Assembly: GCA_964016885.1 (NCBI GenBank)
Contig: OZ024749.1
Coordinates: 47,554,001-47,618,000, forward strand
DNA length: 64,000 nucleotides
Source: Eledone cirrhosa
Lineage: Eukaryota
Direction of reading: 5' to 3'
Shown: positions 42,592-55,499 of the stretch, one piece after another
Layout of the letters: every line of letters starts with the position of its first letter
How positions within the stretch are numbered: the stretch's first letter is position 1
Notes under the pieces: generated by a model
What the model saw: only the letters and a program-made list of their open reading frames with translations
What the model was told of the DNA's origin: nothing
Database searches by the model: none
Made by a program: the position numbers and the translations under genes

Positions 42592-42685
42592 ACCCCTTGA
42601 GAAGCTCGGCTATTTAAATACCAGGATAAATTTTCATTTAGTCCAGAATTAGCCGTCGAAACGGCTTGAGCTCAGCCGTCGGGGT
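42592..42685 (+). ncRNA. Type I hammerhead, family B, compensatory U3-A8 core, GUC site
   Basis: acccc-TTGAGAA-gctcggcta...tagccgtc-GAAA-cggcttgagctcagccg-TC-ggggt, inside element 42500-42700 flanked by (TA)n. Confidence 0.72.
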
Positions 42686-42709
42686 CTTACTGGTTCCTAT
42701 ATATATATA

Positions 42710-42827
<118 letters not shown>

Positions 42828-42928
42828 GTATATATATATAATGTAGGAGGTATGTTTTATTGTAGCACAATAAAGCAATGCATATATCGGATAAGTACCA
42901 CTCAACAGTTTATTAGACTGGAGTATAT

Positions 42929-43211
42929 ATAAGAAGAAATAAACAGATGGTTAAAACGTTCCATGTATTTCATTATGCGCATTTCAAAAACAAATATCAT
43001 CCAGGGACATATTTGCGTTCTCATCAAGTTAGTGTCTAAACACCATATGTTGTTTAGACACTACTTTGCTCACAAGTGTCATTTTTAAGCTTTATATCAT
43101 GTCTCCCTATTTTATCTGATTAGAACGCAAATATCGTCAATGGGTGATATTTGTTTTTGAAATGCGCATAATGAAGTACATGGAACTTTTCTAACCATCT
43201 TTTAATTTCTT

Positions 43212-43217
<6 letters not shown>
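42929..43217. mobile_element. Fold-back element with two oppositely oriented hammerheads
   Basis: About 95-bp inverted arms; minus 42968-43027 TTGATGA...GAAA-tgcgca-TA; plus 43110-43176 CTGATTA...GAAA-tgcgca-TA. Confidence 0.8.
43110..43176 (+). ncRNA. Type I hammerhead motif with G8U mutation
   Basis: ttttat-CTGATTA-gaacgcaaatatcg tcaatggg tgatatttgttttt-GAAA-tgcgca-TA-atgaag. Confidence 0.65.
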
Positions 43218-43280
<63 letters not shown>

Positions 43281-45738
43281 GTTTTTGTTGGGTTGGGTTG
43301 GTTGCATACAGAATGTGCCTGTATATTTGTAGTTGATCATATATGTATACATATATTCATAATCATAAGCATACTCAATTACGTGAGTGTGTAAGCTAGT
43401 GTCTATATTATACACTATTTATATGTTAATACACTTTATATATATATGAATGATGTGTTCGTGTATATCTCATCATTATTCGCTATTGTTCACTATATGT
43501 TTCTCAGGAATTTATTATATAAACTTGCGTGTCTGTTTATGAATGATTTGCCAAGAACCTTTGTTATATGTTAGTGGAGCATATCTGCAAATATAACACG
43601 TGCTGCAATAATCAACTGACGATTGTTGGTAAATTTGCAACGTATTATCTCATGAAGATTCAAACACATTCAAATACAGTAGATATAATTGGGTTTATGC
43701 TTACATTCACTATACAGATAAGCAAACAACACACTAACAGACATATGTAAATATGAACACAAACACGCTCTCATATACTGACATATGGTTAGAAAATATT
43801 TGCTCTCGTTATTGTAATGCAAACTACAGTAGGAACAGCTAAACCGACATAACCGACTTCTATTTATATATATCTATCCATCACCAGGACAGGTTTTACA
43901 CTTACTAATAAATTTAGCTTCACGCTATGACCACAAAACTATAGCGTTTAAAACATTAGGTCATATTAACGTATGTCGTCTATCTATTTCTAGATTTTCT
44001 CTCATTTAGTATAATTTTTACTCGAGTGATGGCGTAGTAGGTTGAATAAGCTCGCTATATGTGAATGAAACATTAGGAATACGATCACAATTTGCATCAA
44101 TATATTCGTATTATTGACGGGAAAACATTTCACTCTATATGAATGAATGTTATTTAAATTCAAATAATTTCTCAACATATGAAATAAATCAAAATAGAAT
44201 AAGCCTTTCCATTTACTATATCAAATATGGCTCACGAAATAATATTCTGGGGCGTATTTGAAGTTTTTAAATATTATGTTTGAGTTAAAGACCACCACGC
44301 GAACACAATTAAAATGTATAGAATAATTACCCCTTAGAATTATATGAACCAACTTTTGACGTTCTTGAACGAACCTCCTACATTGCTGATATTTGTGAAT
44401 CCAACGCTAAGAAAACCAAGGGTGATTGGTAATCGGCTAATTGATGCGAATAGAATAAGTGCATTGCATTTGGTTTCTGGATAAACGTAAACTTACATCT
44501 TGAAAATCAATAATTTTATGAGATTGTGAATCTCAACATTTAGGTACATACGCTAACCCATATATTATAATTTCAAGGATATATTGCACGTGATATCATC
44601 ACATATATTCAAGCAGATATTTAAGATGATAAGCTGGTTGCACTAAGGTGTGTATCTTTGGGTTCATAATATTAATATGATAAACAACTTCGTTGTTTAT
44701 GATTGGATATACTTATATAAATATATAATACTGAGTCAAAGAATAAAAGAATCGTGTTTTGAAGTTTGGAGAATAATCTGAATAATTATAGACACTGCGA
44801 TAAGAGAACACTCTACTTACGCGCGAAACGCAGGTGAATATGTAAAATCTTATTTTAGATTTGACAATGCAGTTACAGATTTACACTATGGCAATATTTT
44901 AGTAGGAACAATTAACGCCCCAAAACATCATTAAATATTAAATTAATCTACATGAATGCAATAGTCTCTATATACAAATGGACATTTCAAATGGAGAATA
45001 GTCCTTATAGTTCGTGAGTATAGACACAATGCCTATGACTTTAGGATACCTAATGCTGGTAGCAATAGATTTAATATACAAATAATAACTTCTTTCTTAA
45101 CAGAGGGTGTATACATTGACTGTTGTTATAGTGTTGGAAGACTTACACATTAACACACAGGTATATTTGCATTCATAGATCCATGCACGCATATATACAC
45201 ACTCATGTATACGCACATATATATACACTCACACACACACCTATATATATATATATATTGTTAATACATTAATATATTTGCTTACCATGCAGTATTTATT
45301 TATCTATATATGCATAATACCTTTGCTTATTTCTTTCTCATATATATGACTAACGCATGTGCACTTTCTACACGCTTGAATATGAACTGCTAATGTACTA
45401 TTCCTCTCTCAATGCTTCTTTATCAATGACTCTTTAATTATTAGACTATTATCTTGTATTAGCTGTTGAATGTATTCCACTCTATGCTTTTAATTTGAAT
45501 TATTGTACAATTCTCGTTTAATATATTTCGCATCCAGTACACCCTGTAAATACGAAACTGTTACTCACAACATCAATATATATGTATCTATATGATAGTT
45601 CCGTTGAATAGGAGGTTAATTATATGTACACACATTGATAATATCCGATGACTCCAGACGAAATTTTGGAGGATTCGATAGTCACCTATTAAATGATTTG
45701 AACACAACTTTGATAATTGTCTAATTTATATATATATT

Positions 45739-45855
<117 letters not shown>

Positions 45856-45975
45856 GGTGTAACACACGAGTTGTGATATATTAGTAAAAGGAAAAGAAAA
45901 TGCGAGTTACTCAAAACTACTTGTTGCAGATATGACCATGCATTTACTATATGTGTATGTGAATGCTCATACACA

Positions 45976-46072
<97 letters not shown>

Positions 46073-46728
46073 GGTGGAGGGGTAATGTGTATATATCTGT
46101 ATGTACGTATGTATAAACTGAAACAAACCAAAATGATAATTAATTCAGATTCAATCTCACTGTACTTATCACGAACACTTTTACATGGCATACAGAGTGA
46201 TTCCATTGAGAATATTTACGTCGTTTACCAGGACTGTTTATTATCCGTCAGTTTCAATAAATGACGCGGACATTTATTATATTCGTTATATTTACATCGT
46301 CACACCATCTTTCGTCGACTCTGACTACACATATACACAAGTGAATAGAAAATATAGCGAGACACACATAGGCAACTTTAAACACGATTAAGCATTCTTA
46401 TACAATTCATGAATGAGAGAAGCACACACACATTCACCGTATATATATATATCCTTTCTTCCAACAGTTTAATTTAAATAAACCGTTGTTTTTTCAATTT
46501 TTCTGACACTCATTTCCATACTCACTCATAACATTGTATCACCCTCAATAAAATATTATCTCCACTATCCAGGGAACTTCAACCGTTAAGGTAGTCTTTT
46601 TTCCGGGTATATCAATATTTATTTATAAAACAAATCTGTATCTTATATGATGAAAGCGCATCATCATTTGCCTTGGTTGCAAATGATGATGCGCTTTATA
46701 AATATAGTTTCCGTTTATTAATATATTG

Positions 46729-46759
<31 letters not shown>

Positions 46760-46770
<11 letters not shown>

Positions 46771-47027
46771 GCGTTTTTTTTTACAAATTGAAAAGAGTCG
46801 AAATGTCCTACACGAGTGAAAATATAAGGTCAAAAGATGAAATCGAAAATGGAACTGGAGTCTTTCTAAAAATATTTATTTGGTTCCTTTACCGATTTCG
46901 GACTTCTGCGAGTTAAACCACAAATACTCCATCTCAATTCTACTTTTTAAAATTACAAGAACTGAGAAACAAATAAATATATTTAAAACGACTCCAATTG
47001 AATTTTCGATTTCATCTCTTTTCGTTA
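46760..47027. mobile_element. (TA)n-flanked repeat family, inverted copy at 56145-56315
   Basis: attagaaaatgcgtttt...gtcctacacgagtga...tttatttggttcctttaccgatttcgga is the reverse complement of 56165-56315; internal inverted piece aaaagatgaaatcgaaaat / attttcgatttcatctctt. Confidence 0.75.
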
Positions 47028-47056
47028 TATATATGTGCACGTGTGTGTGTGAGTGT

Positions 47057-47096
<40 letters not shown>

Positions 47097-47324
47097 TGTA
47101 TATATGTGTATGTATATATATGTAAATAAATTAGCGAGCTGTGGCCGGCGGAAGGACGTCTCGTCATCAAATTCCAGGAACATGGAAATACTCATTTAAA
47201 ATGCTTAACACAAATCTCTCTCTCTCTATATATATATATATCTATCTCTATCTCGTTCTCTCTATATCTCTCTCTCCCTCTCTGTCTTTCTTTCTCTCCC
47301 GCCGATATACATATGTATATATAT

Positions 47325-47425
<101 letters not shown>

Positions 47426-47612
47426 AAGTTATATTTAAAATTGTTGGGTTACAACTAGTAAATATTTATAACTGATATATATATATATGATATGACTCCA
47501 GTTCCCCAGTGAATTAACAAGTTATATTTAAAATTGTTGGGTTACAACTAGTAAATATTAATAACTGATATATATATATATGATATGACTCCAGTTCCCC
47601 AGTGAATTAACA
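47426..47612 (+). repeat. 93-bp tandem duplication
   Basis: aagttatatttaaaattgttgggttacaac...ccccagtgaattaaca twice, starting at 47426 and 47519. Confidence 0.9.
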
Positions 47613-47699
47613 ACCCAACAAGGAACTGGGCATATCAGAGTATTGACAATATCATACACCTAAATAACATATGTACTTGTCTATAGCATACTAATTCAA

Positions 47700-47754
47700 A
47701 CTGCATGAAGAGGTCACAGCCAAAGATGGCTATCACTGAAATATATATAGCAGT
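47700..47754 (+). ncRNA. Type I hammerhead motif, family D, C3A mutation
   Basis: actgc-ATGAAGA-ggtcacagcca aaga tggctatcact-GAAA-tatata-TA-gcagt. Confidence 0.65.
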
Positions 47755-47919
47755 AATAAACGAAGCTAAATGTTAATCATTTGACTTTTATTTAACTTTA
47801 TTTTACACTACTCCCCAGTAACCAAACCAACCTGCGCACTTCGTCGAGTGCTCCAGCCTGCATACTGAGGTGTTGGTATACAACCAACATAAACTCAAAA
47901 TCTATATATATATATATAT

Positions 47920-48128
47920 AACGAAGGATATGTGGTAAGGAACCAGATGGGCTATAACGCACGAAATTACACAATACTTATGGTAGTAGAGTGGGTAATA
48001 GGAACGAGTAGGACCCTGACGGCTGAACTCAAGCCGCTTCGACGGCTAATTCTGGACACGAATTAGCTGTCTGGTCCAGATTGAGCCGCGGAAACGGCTT
48101 GAGCTCAGCCGTCGGGGTCCTACTCTTT

Positions 48129-48133
<5 letters not shown>
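47920..48133. mobile_element. Family B element, inverted plus forward partial copies between (TA)n
   Basis: 47920-48056 is the reverse complement of the 3980-4118 type sequence; 48073-48133 is forward gtccaga...gaaacggcttgagctcagccgtcggggtcctac. Confidence 0.8.
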
Positions 48134-48175
<42 letters not shown>

Positions 48176-48315
48176 GGTTGCACAACAGTTTGTTCACCAT
48201 GCCAAGAACAATTGTTCTCGGTAGGGTGAACTAACTGTTGTGTAGCTACTTCTACATAACTCGTCTCATGGACTGAGTGCTCTACCACTACGGATATTAG
48301 CTCCCATTATTCTAC

Positions 48316-48345
<30 letters not shown>

Positions 48346-48346
<1 letters not shown>

Positions 48347-48915
48347 CTTTCCGTATGCATATTAACGGCTAATCAGTCTAATTTGCATATAACTGTTGAA
48401 CAAAAGGGCAACGATGGTTGCCAAACAATGTACGGCTTAATTCGGGTTGTTTGTTTACAAACAAACCGAACATTATAATAAATGTTCGGTAAACCCATCC
48501 GTACAAATATATATGTATATGTGTGTGTACATGTATGTATATACATACTACTTACGTCTGTATATATATGTGTAAGTATGTATACATACTTATAATTAAG
48601 TATAAGCCGTACTAAGAGTGAGGAATGACATTTCATTTTTTCCATTTATCGTTTTCGGTACACCCGGCCGACTAACTGACTGGATATGAAAATGTCGCTG
48701 CTCAGCCGTTAATATGCCTAAGGAAAGTATAAACTCTCAAACGTTCAATCGATTGACAGGAAGGTATTCGCTTCTGATGGCAGCTAATATGCTAGAAACT
48801 TGTTCATCATTCCTTTGTCAGTGTTGAACAAAGGGGCAAATTCGAAATGTCGAAATTTGTACGGTTTACAAACAAAGCGAACATTATAATAAATGTTCGG
48901 TACACCCATACGCAC
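48346..48915. mobile_element. Repeat with inverted ends and a direct-repeated hammerhead-like segment
   Basis: tactttccgtatgcatattaacggct / agccgttaatatgcctaaggaaagta; tgttgaacaaa.gggca...tgtacgg...acaaacaaa.cgaacattataataaatgttcggta at about 48394 and 48822. Confidence 0.65.
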
Positions 48916-48916
48916 A

Positions 48917-49016
<100 letters not shown>

Positions 49017-49370
49017 TCTCTCTTTCTATGTTACCTTACCTATGTGTGTGTGCATTTTTCGGAGAAATAATAGTAATAATTTATGTAATTCATGTGTCTA
49101 GAACATTTGGTAGAATGTCAGATGAAATATTGTTTCAGTCCAATTGCTTAGATATATAACGCTGTTGTATGTTAGATGTACGATCACCTGAAAGAGATTG
49201 GGAACATTTCCAGGTTTCAAAAGAAATTATAAATTTTCTAGTCATATATCAAGACTATATTGTTTGTTGACATTATTTGTGGCTGGTTTAATATTTCATA
49301 TGTTGGGCATGTTGCCGGCATTTTGGTAAACAGCATCTCTAGTAGATACATGGGTTTATTGTTAATGTCA

Positions 49371-49371
49371 T

Positions 49372-49445
<74 letters not shown>

Positions 49446-49452
49446 ATATTAA

Positions 49453-49500
<48 letters not shown>

Positions 49501-49534
49501 CAGCAGCAGCATCAGCAGCAGTAGTAGTAGTAGC

Positions 49535-49615
<81 letters not shown>
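49371..49615 (+). repeat. (TAG)n microsatellite with a (CAG) interruption
   Basis: Direct reading of the sequence. Confidence 0.95.
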
Positions 49616-51306
49616 TATGAGGCAAAATATCCACACATTCTCCCAAATGTGATAACGGATCTTGTATATATATATATATAACGCATTCATAATGTATGAA
49701 AATATGGTCAAACTGCTCTGTGATTCATTCCACTAGTGTGTATCGGGAAAGGGTGGTTCTACAGAGTAAGCATGTTTTCTACTCTGTTGGTGAATTTCAA
49801 AAAGTCGAATTGCTGAAATATTATTTACATAGTTTAGTATTGAATCAGTCTATGTTTATATGGCAGCTTGTGAGTGTATGCATGTATATTTGTATTTTTC
49901 TGAACATTTACATTCACCTATTTCCCTTTGCATGTATGTCACCTATTATGTCACCTGTTTCCCTTTGTGTGTACAAACATACACGTACATATATGCACTG
50001 ATATTTACCACAATTTATTTTGTCTTAACATATGTATGATTACATGTCTACCACACTCTCATTTTCTCTTATTTGGTCTGTCACCCTCTCGGGCTTTCTG
50101 TCTGACTCTGTGTGTGTGTGTGCGTTTGAAGGACATTACATATGTGTACACACATGGATATCTCCATTAATCTCTTAAAGAAATGTATAGCCTCCTATCC
50201 AGTAAATGATTGCTATGTAGTCGTGAATGAAAAAATAACCGATAATAATTATTATTTCTATATTTTGTGAGTAGCCCTCCTGTGGTTCAATTTGGCATAC
50301 CTTACAAGATGGTTCAATAACCCTGGTGACATAATGACTTGAAAATGTCAGGTCTCAAATAGTGAAAACTTAAATTTACTGACAACGCCGAGACATTAGA
50401 GATAAAAGTTGCTATCTAAAGAATTGTGTGAGTCGGTATGCATTTATCAGTGCGTAACTGGAAGAGTGTCTATCTCTATATATGTGGTCGTGATTTTGTA
50501 TACAGTCTTAAAGCTATTATGGGCAATATCAGAAGATAATTATATGTTTCGTGTTCATAGAGACTTAACTAAGGTATTCTTTGTTTTATCTTTTATTCAG
50601 TCAATAACTTTGTCTTTATTTTTCTTCTTCCTGTTTTCCATTTCTTCAAATACAATAATATTGAATAGATATTGTGACATTTAAAATTTGAATACATCTG
50701 AAGAATCCTAGCCAATCTTTCGTCATTGAAATTCATTTTTCGATATTGCTATTTCATTTTCTCCATATTTCAATGAAATAGTATGTATGTATTTTTTTCT
50801 TTTCGTGGTTTATCGATTAATGAATATAGCTGCAGAAGTAGAAGAGTATATACATTCGTTATTTCATTCTATCTAAAATATCTCATCTGTTATTTCTGAT
50901 ATTCATATTGTGTTCAACACAAACGGCGCCAGTAAAATAAGCTGATGTGATTTCAATCGGCAGTAATCACATTTAAAATTGAAGTGACATAAAAACTATA
51001 TGAATACAACATTTGTAAGGCAAGCAAACCTCAAATATTTAAAATCTGCATGATATTTCTGTTAGCTGCGAGTGTGGTTTATTCAACCTTTTTGTTTTTG
51101 CTTTCTTTCATTTCACAGCAGTTGAATTATAAACCTATATATTATTACTTGCACATAGTGAAACATATATATATATACAAGAAAAAACAACCTACACTCT
51201 GATAAAGGTATACTTATGTATATGTGCAGAGCAATGTTGATGTATATATTTACACAAACGCACACATACACACACTCGTCGCTATATAGAGAGAACGTCA
51301 GAGAGG

Positions 51307-51482
<176 letters not shown>

Positions 51483-52583
51483 TACAGTCATATAGAAATA
51501 TTGATAATAGTATTGATAGATTGAGTGATTGATAGATAGATAGATGGATAGAGAGGGCGAGAGTTTGCTAACTAATCAACCTTGGAGTCAGTTGTCTACT
51601 TCTCTGGGGAGGTTAATATGTAATGAGAGAAATATTTGATACGATGTCGTCAACATTTCACCGAAGTACATTCTTGCAGGCTGAGAATAGTTGCAGTTTC
51701 GCCAAAAAACAGACATATTGTATATTGATTTTAAGTCGGCAAACTGCTAAAATATAGTTTCACAACACATATATTATTTTCCTCTCTGGGATTTTATAGC
51801 GAAGGGAGAAGCGGAATCCTTGAAACACTCTCTTACATCTAAATAAAACGTAGCGACTGCCTAGCGGAATATTATAAATTTGATTAGATTTTTTTTCAGA
51901 TAAGTCGCGACATCTAATATTTGAAAAATGTTGCATGCTTGTCTCCTGAATTTTGTTTCCTAGGTGATGTTTATGTTTTTGTTTCATATTATATTCCTTT
52001 GAAACACTATTAAATAAAATTATATATTTTGAAGAAAACAAACAACATTTGTCGCATTAAAGCATTCATTATCCCGATGATAACATTTATTTTTCACATT
52101 CATTTTGTTAGACGTCACGGTTATATTTGAAATGCATGCATACGTATAAAAATTCAGTGATGTAAACCATTCCAGTATTGAAAATATAAAAGATACATTC
52201 TACTACATAAATTAGTACATCCATTTCAATATAGAACAATAAGTAATGGAATATAGTAGACCCACAATTGCGTATTTCCGTGTAGGTGTTTAGTGTTATA
52301 CATATATCATGAATAAATCCAAACAAGGCGTCAATATCAGTTATACACACACAGACAGACACACGCACAGGCACATACATACGTACATTTATATGTGAGT
52401 GCGCGTGGGTGCGTCTCTGTGTAATCACGCCTTATTGTGGACATTATAGTGTACTTTTGTCTTTGTTAGGTCTTGTGAAAATATATATAAGTATATATAT
52501 ATATATATATATATATAGGCATGTATGTATGTATGTATGCATGTATGTGATATGCATGTATGTGTGTGTATGTATATATATAC

Positions 52584-52776
<193 letters not shown>

Positions 52777-53439
52777 TAAACTGTATATCAGTTTCTCACT
52801 TTATCTTCGTCCAACTCAGATAACATTTAGCTTCATTGTACTGTGTTGAAATAGACTTGTCATGCTGCTCCTTTAGATGTTTGATTTATCTTCTTATCCA
52901 GCTTATATCGCTCAATTCAAAGCTAGTCGTAAATCTCTATTTTGTCATGCCTCGAATAGATAAGCTGGGAAATATTGTAACGCCGTTTACTACCACTTGT
53001 GTTTGATAAAGCTTAAGAATTATTCCTTGAAGTTATTTCAGGAGCATCTTAATCATGGATCTAATCACAGATCTTTCCATGCACGGTTGCTGCTTCAATT
53101 CATCTGTATGAGATGACGAGATATATTCCAAATTTATAACATAAGGATTGCGTTTCATTCATTACTTTTGTTGAAATTCTTAAACGCTACATTTTCACAT
53201 AATTTTTGTTTCCTCGCTTTCTCAGTTTCCTTGTAATTTCGTTTTATTTTCTACATATCTGGGGGAGAGGGTTTTATTTTACTGCTTATATTAAAATTAT
53301 TGTGTTTTTAATAGGAGACAAAATGCAGTAAATGTTCGTGGTGGAGATGCTGGTAGTAATGGTTTTATTGTAGTCTTATTTATTCTCTTTACTTCTTCTT
53401 TTATTAATACAATCATTAGTGAGGTGGATTGGCAATATC

Positions 53440-53938
53440 GGAGGAGTAGTAATTATTGATGTCGAATAGAATAAAACGGCAATGTTCCTTGTTGCATATG
53501 TCATTGAACCAATCAATCACCGTGAAAGAATTGTTCTACAGTGCAAAGAGGGGCCAAACTTCTAATTTCAGGTATAATTCTATCAAAAATCCTTTTACTA
53601 AGTCTACCTAAATCAGACTTCGTAGAGTTAATAAGCCGAATAGAGGGGTTGTTCGGAAAATTGGATTTGTGATCCTTCAGGGAAAAGTGGCGAGAAATAG
53701 GGTCCAGAGATTCGGTCCGGTCCAGGATGTTGAGATCAGAGGTGATTTTAAACCCAGCATCGTTGATTTCATTAATGACGCACCGATTAGTTTTACGGTA
53801 ATCCTTAGTCACAGCATTATGTAGTAGTTGATGATAAGTACTGCGCTCTACTTGATATCGGTTGCCAGTTTTGTCGGAATGGACGTGCACGGCATTAGAA
53901 TACTTAATAGAACGAATACTATTCTTCAGGTTTGGTTG
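53440..53938 (-). pseudogene. Penelope-like (Naiad-type) reverse transcriptase N-terminal fragment with a frameshift and a stop
   Basis: QPNLKNSIRSIKYSNAVHVHSDKTGNRY...YHQLLHNAVTKDYRK...FSLKDHKSNFPNNPSIRLINSTKSDLGRLSKRIFDRI.../L*NNSFTVIDWFNDICNKEHCRFILFDINNYYSS matches PLE ADKT.N.Y, LKDHK.NF.N.P..RLINP.KS..G..SK..LD.I, W.N...VI.WF, F..FDI..FYPS. Confidence 0.9.
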
Positions 53939-53941
53939 ACG

Positions 53942-54280
53942 TACGTCTCCGAACTTATGTGTATTTACATGTAGGTGTGTGTGTGTGAGCTTGTTATATA
54001 CGTATTTATTTATTTATATACGTGTATTAAATAGTTGTATACACGCACACACACATATTTATATGTGCGTGTTTTTGTATACCTATGGCGAGTGTTTTCG
54101 TGTATGCTTCTACGTCTCCGAACATATGTGTATTTACATGTAGGTATGTGTGTGCGCTTGTTATATACGTATTTATTTACATACGTTGATTTAATTATTT
54201 GTATACACACACACACACACACACATATTTATATGTGCGTGTATTTGTATAGATACGGCGAGTGTTTTCGCGTATGCTTG
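53942..54280 (+). repeat. Imperfect tandem duplication, about 170-bp period
   Basis: tacgtctccgaac.tatgtgtatttacatgtagg at 53942 and about 54111. Confidence 0.8.
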
Positions 54281-54397
54281 TGTATGTACGTATATGGATG
54301 CGTGTATGTATTTATTTAATTTCAATTGCTTCTGTATTTTATTCACTTTATTCGTAACTCTGAAGCCGAGAATCATTCGGTCTCCTAGTTAGAATTT

Positions 54398-54670
54398 TAG
54401 TCTACGACTTCAGTTATAGCATTTACGTGGTTTTGTATTTGCGTGCAATTCTGCTCCACGCTCGACATATGACGTATTATCTTCGTTTGTTTCTGTTCAT
54501 TGCCAGAGAACGTCTCTATGAACCACCTAATATAATATTAGTCTACGACTTCTTTTATACCATAAACGTGGTTTTGTTTTTGAGTGTAATTGTTTTTCAC
54601 CGTTCCAAATAATGACGTATTATATTCGTTTATTCCCCGTTCTTTACCAGGGAACGTTTCCACGAACCAA
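54398..54670 (+). repeat. Diverged tandem duplication, about 141-bp period
   Basis: tagtctacgacttc...acgtggttttgt...tgacgtattat.ttcgttt...ccag.gaacgt...gaacca twice. Confidence 0.8.
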
Positions 54671-54699
54671 AGTATCGTCTTCCTGTCTTGCTCCGGTTG

Positions 54700-54824
54700 T
54701 AACGTTTTTTTGAAATATTCACTTCTGCGTTCACAGATTGGCTTTGTTAATTTCAGAACATCCCGTTAAGGGTGAAAGCAGCGATTCTTTGCTTAAACTT
54801 TAAAGTGATATTTTAATAAATAAA

Positions 54825-54830
<6 letters not shown>
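54700..54830 (+). mobile_element. Family E copy with hammerhead-like motif (CAGAACA at 54754-54760)
   Basis: attt-CAGAACA-tcccgttaagggt-GAAA-gcagcgattctttgc-TT-aaac followed by (TA)n. Confidence 0.7.
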
Positions 54831-54875
<45 letters not shown>

Positions 54876-54878
<3 letters not shown>

Positions 54879-55380
54879 TACTTGGGAAGGGTCATACGTG
54901 TGTAATATTGCCAGAATTAATAACAGAACACATCACTGTTTGGTTGGTTTTCGCTTCTCGCTGTCTTTTATATCTGCGATCTAACTTACTCGGGCCTCAA
55001 TGTTGCCATTGACTGACCAACGGTCACAAATGATACAGATACAATATAGACACAAACACATATATATAGTTTACATAATGTACACAAATCTTTCGTTGCA
55101 CATCTGCAACATCGTCAGTGGTGTTATATTTTTTCCTCCTGTTGTGTTGTATGTCTACGCCATTTTTTATTCAGTCTGTCTATATATTTATTTGTTTATT
55201 TGCTTGTTTGTTTATTTTATGTTGTCTTCTTTGCGCATGCGTTTGCGTGTGTGTGTGTGTGTAGTGTTATATCGCAGATATAAAAGACAGCTAGAAGCGA
55301 AAACCAACCAAACAGTGAGTGTGTTCTGTTATTAATTCTGGCAATATTACACAAATATGACCCTCCTCAAGTATAACAAT
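54876..55380. mobile_element. Fold-back element with about 105-bp inverted arms
   Basis: gttatacttgggaagggtcata...ctgtcttttatatctgcgat versus atcgcagatataaaagacag...tatgaccctcctcaagtataac. Confidence 0.85.
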
Positions 55381-55426
55381 ATTTGTGTCGACACACGATT
55401 TCATATAAAAAACCTCCCTAAACTAA

Positions 55427-55492
<66 letters not shown>

Positions 55493-55499
55493 TATATAG

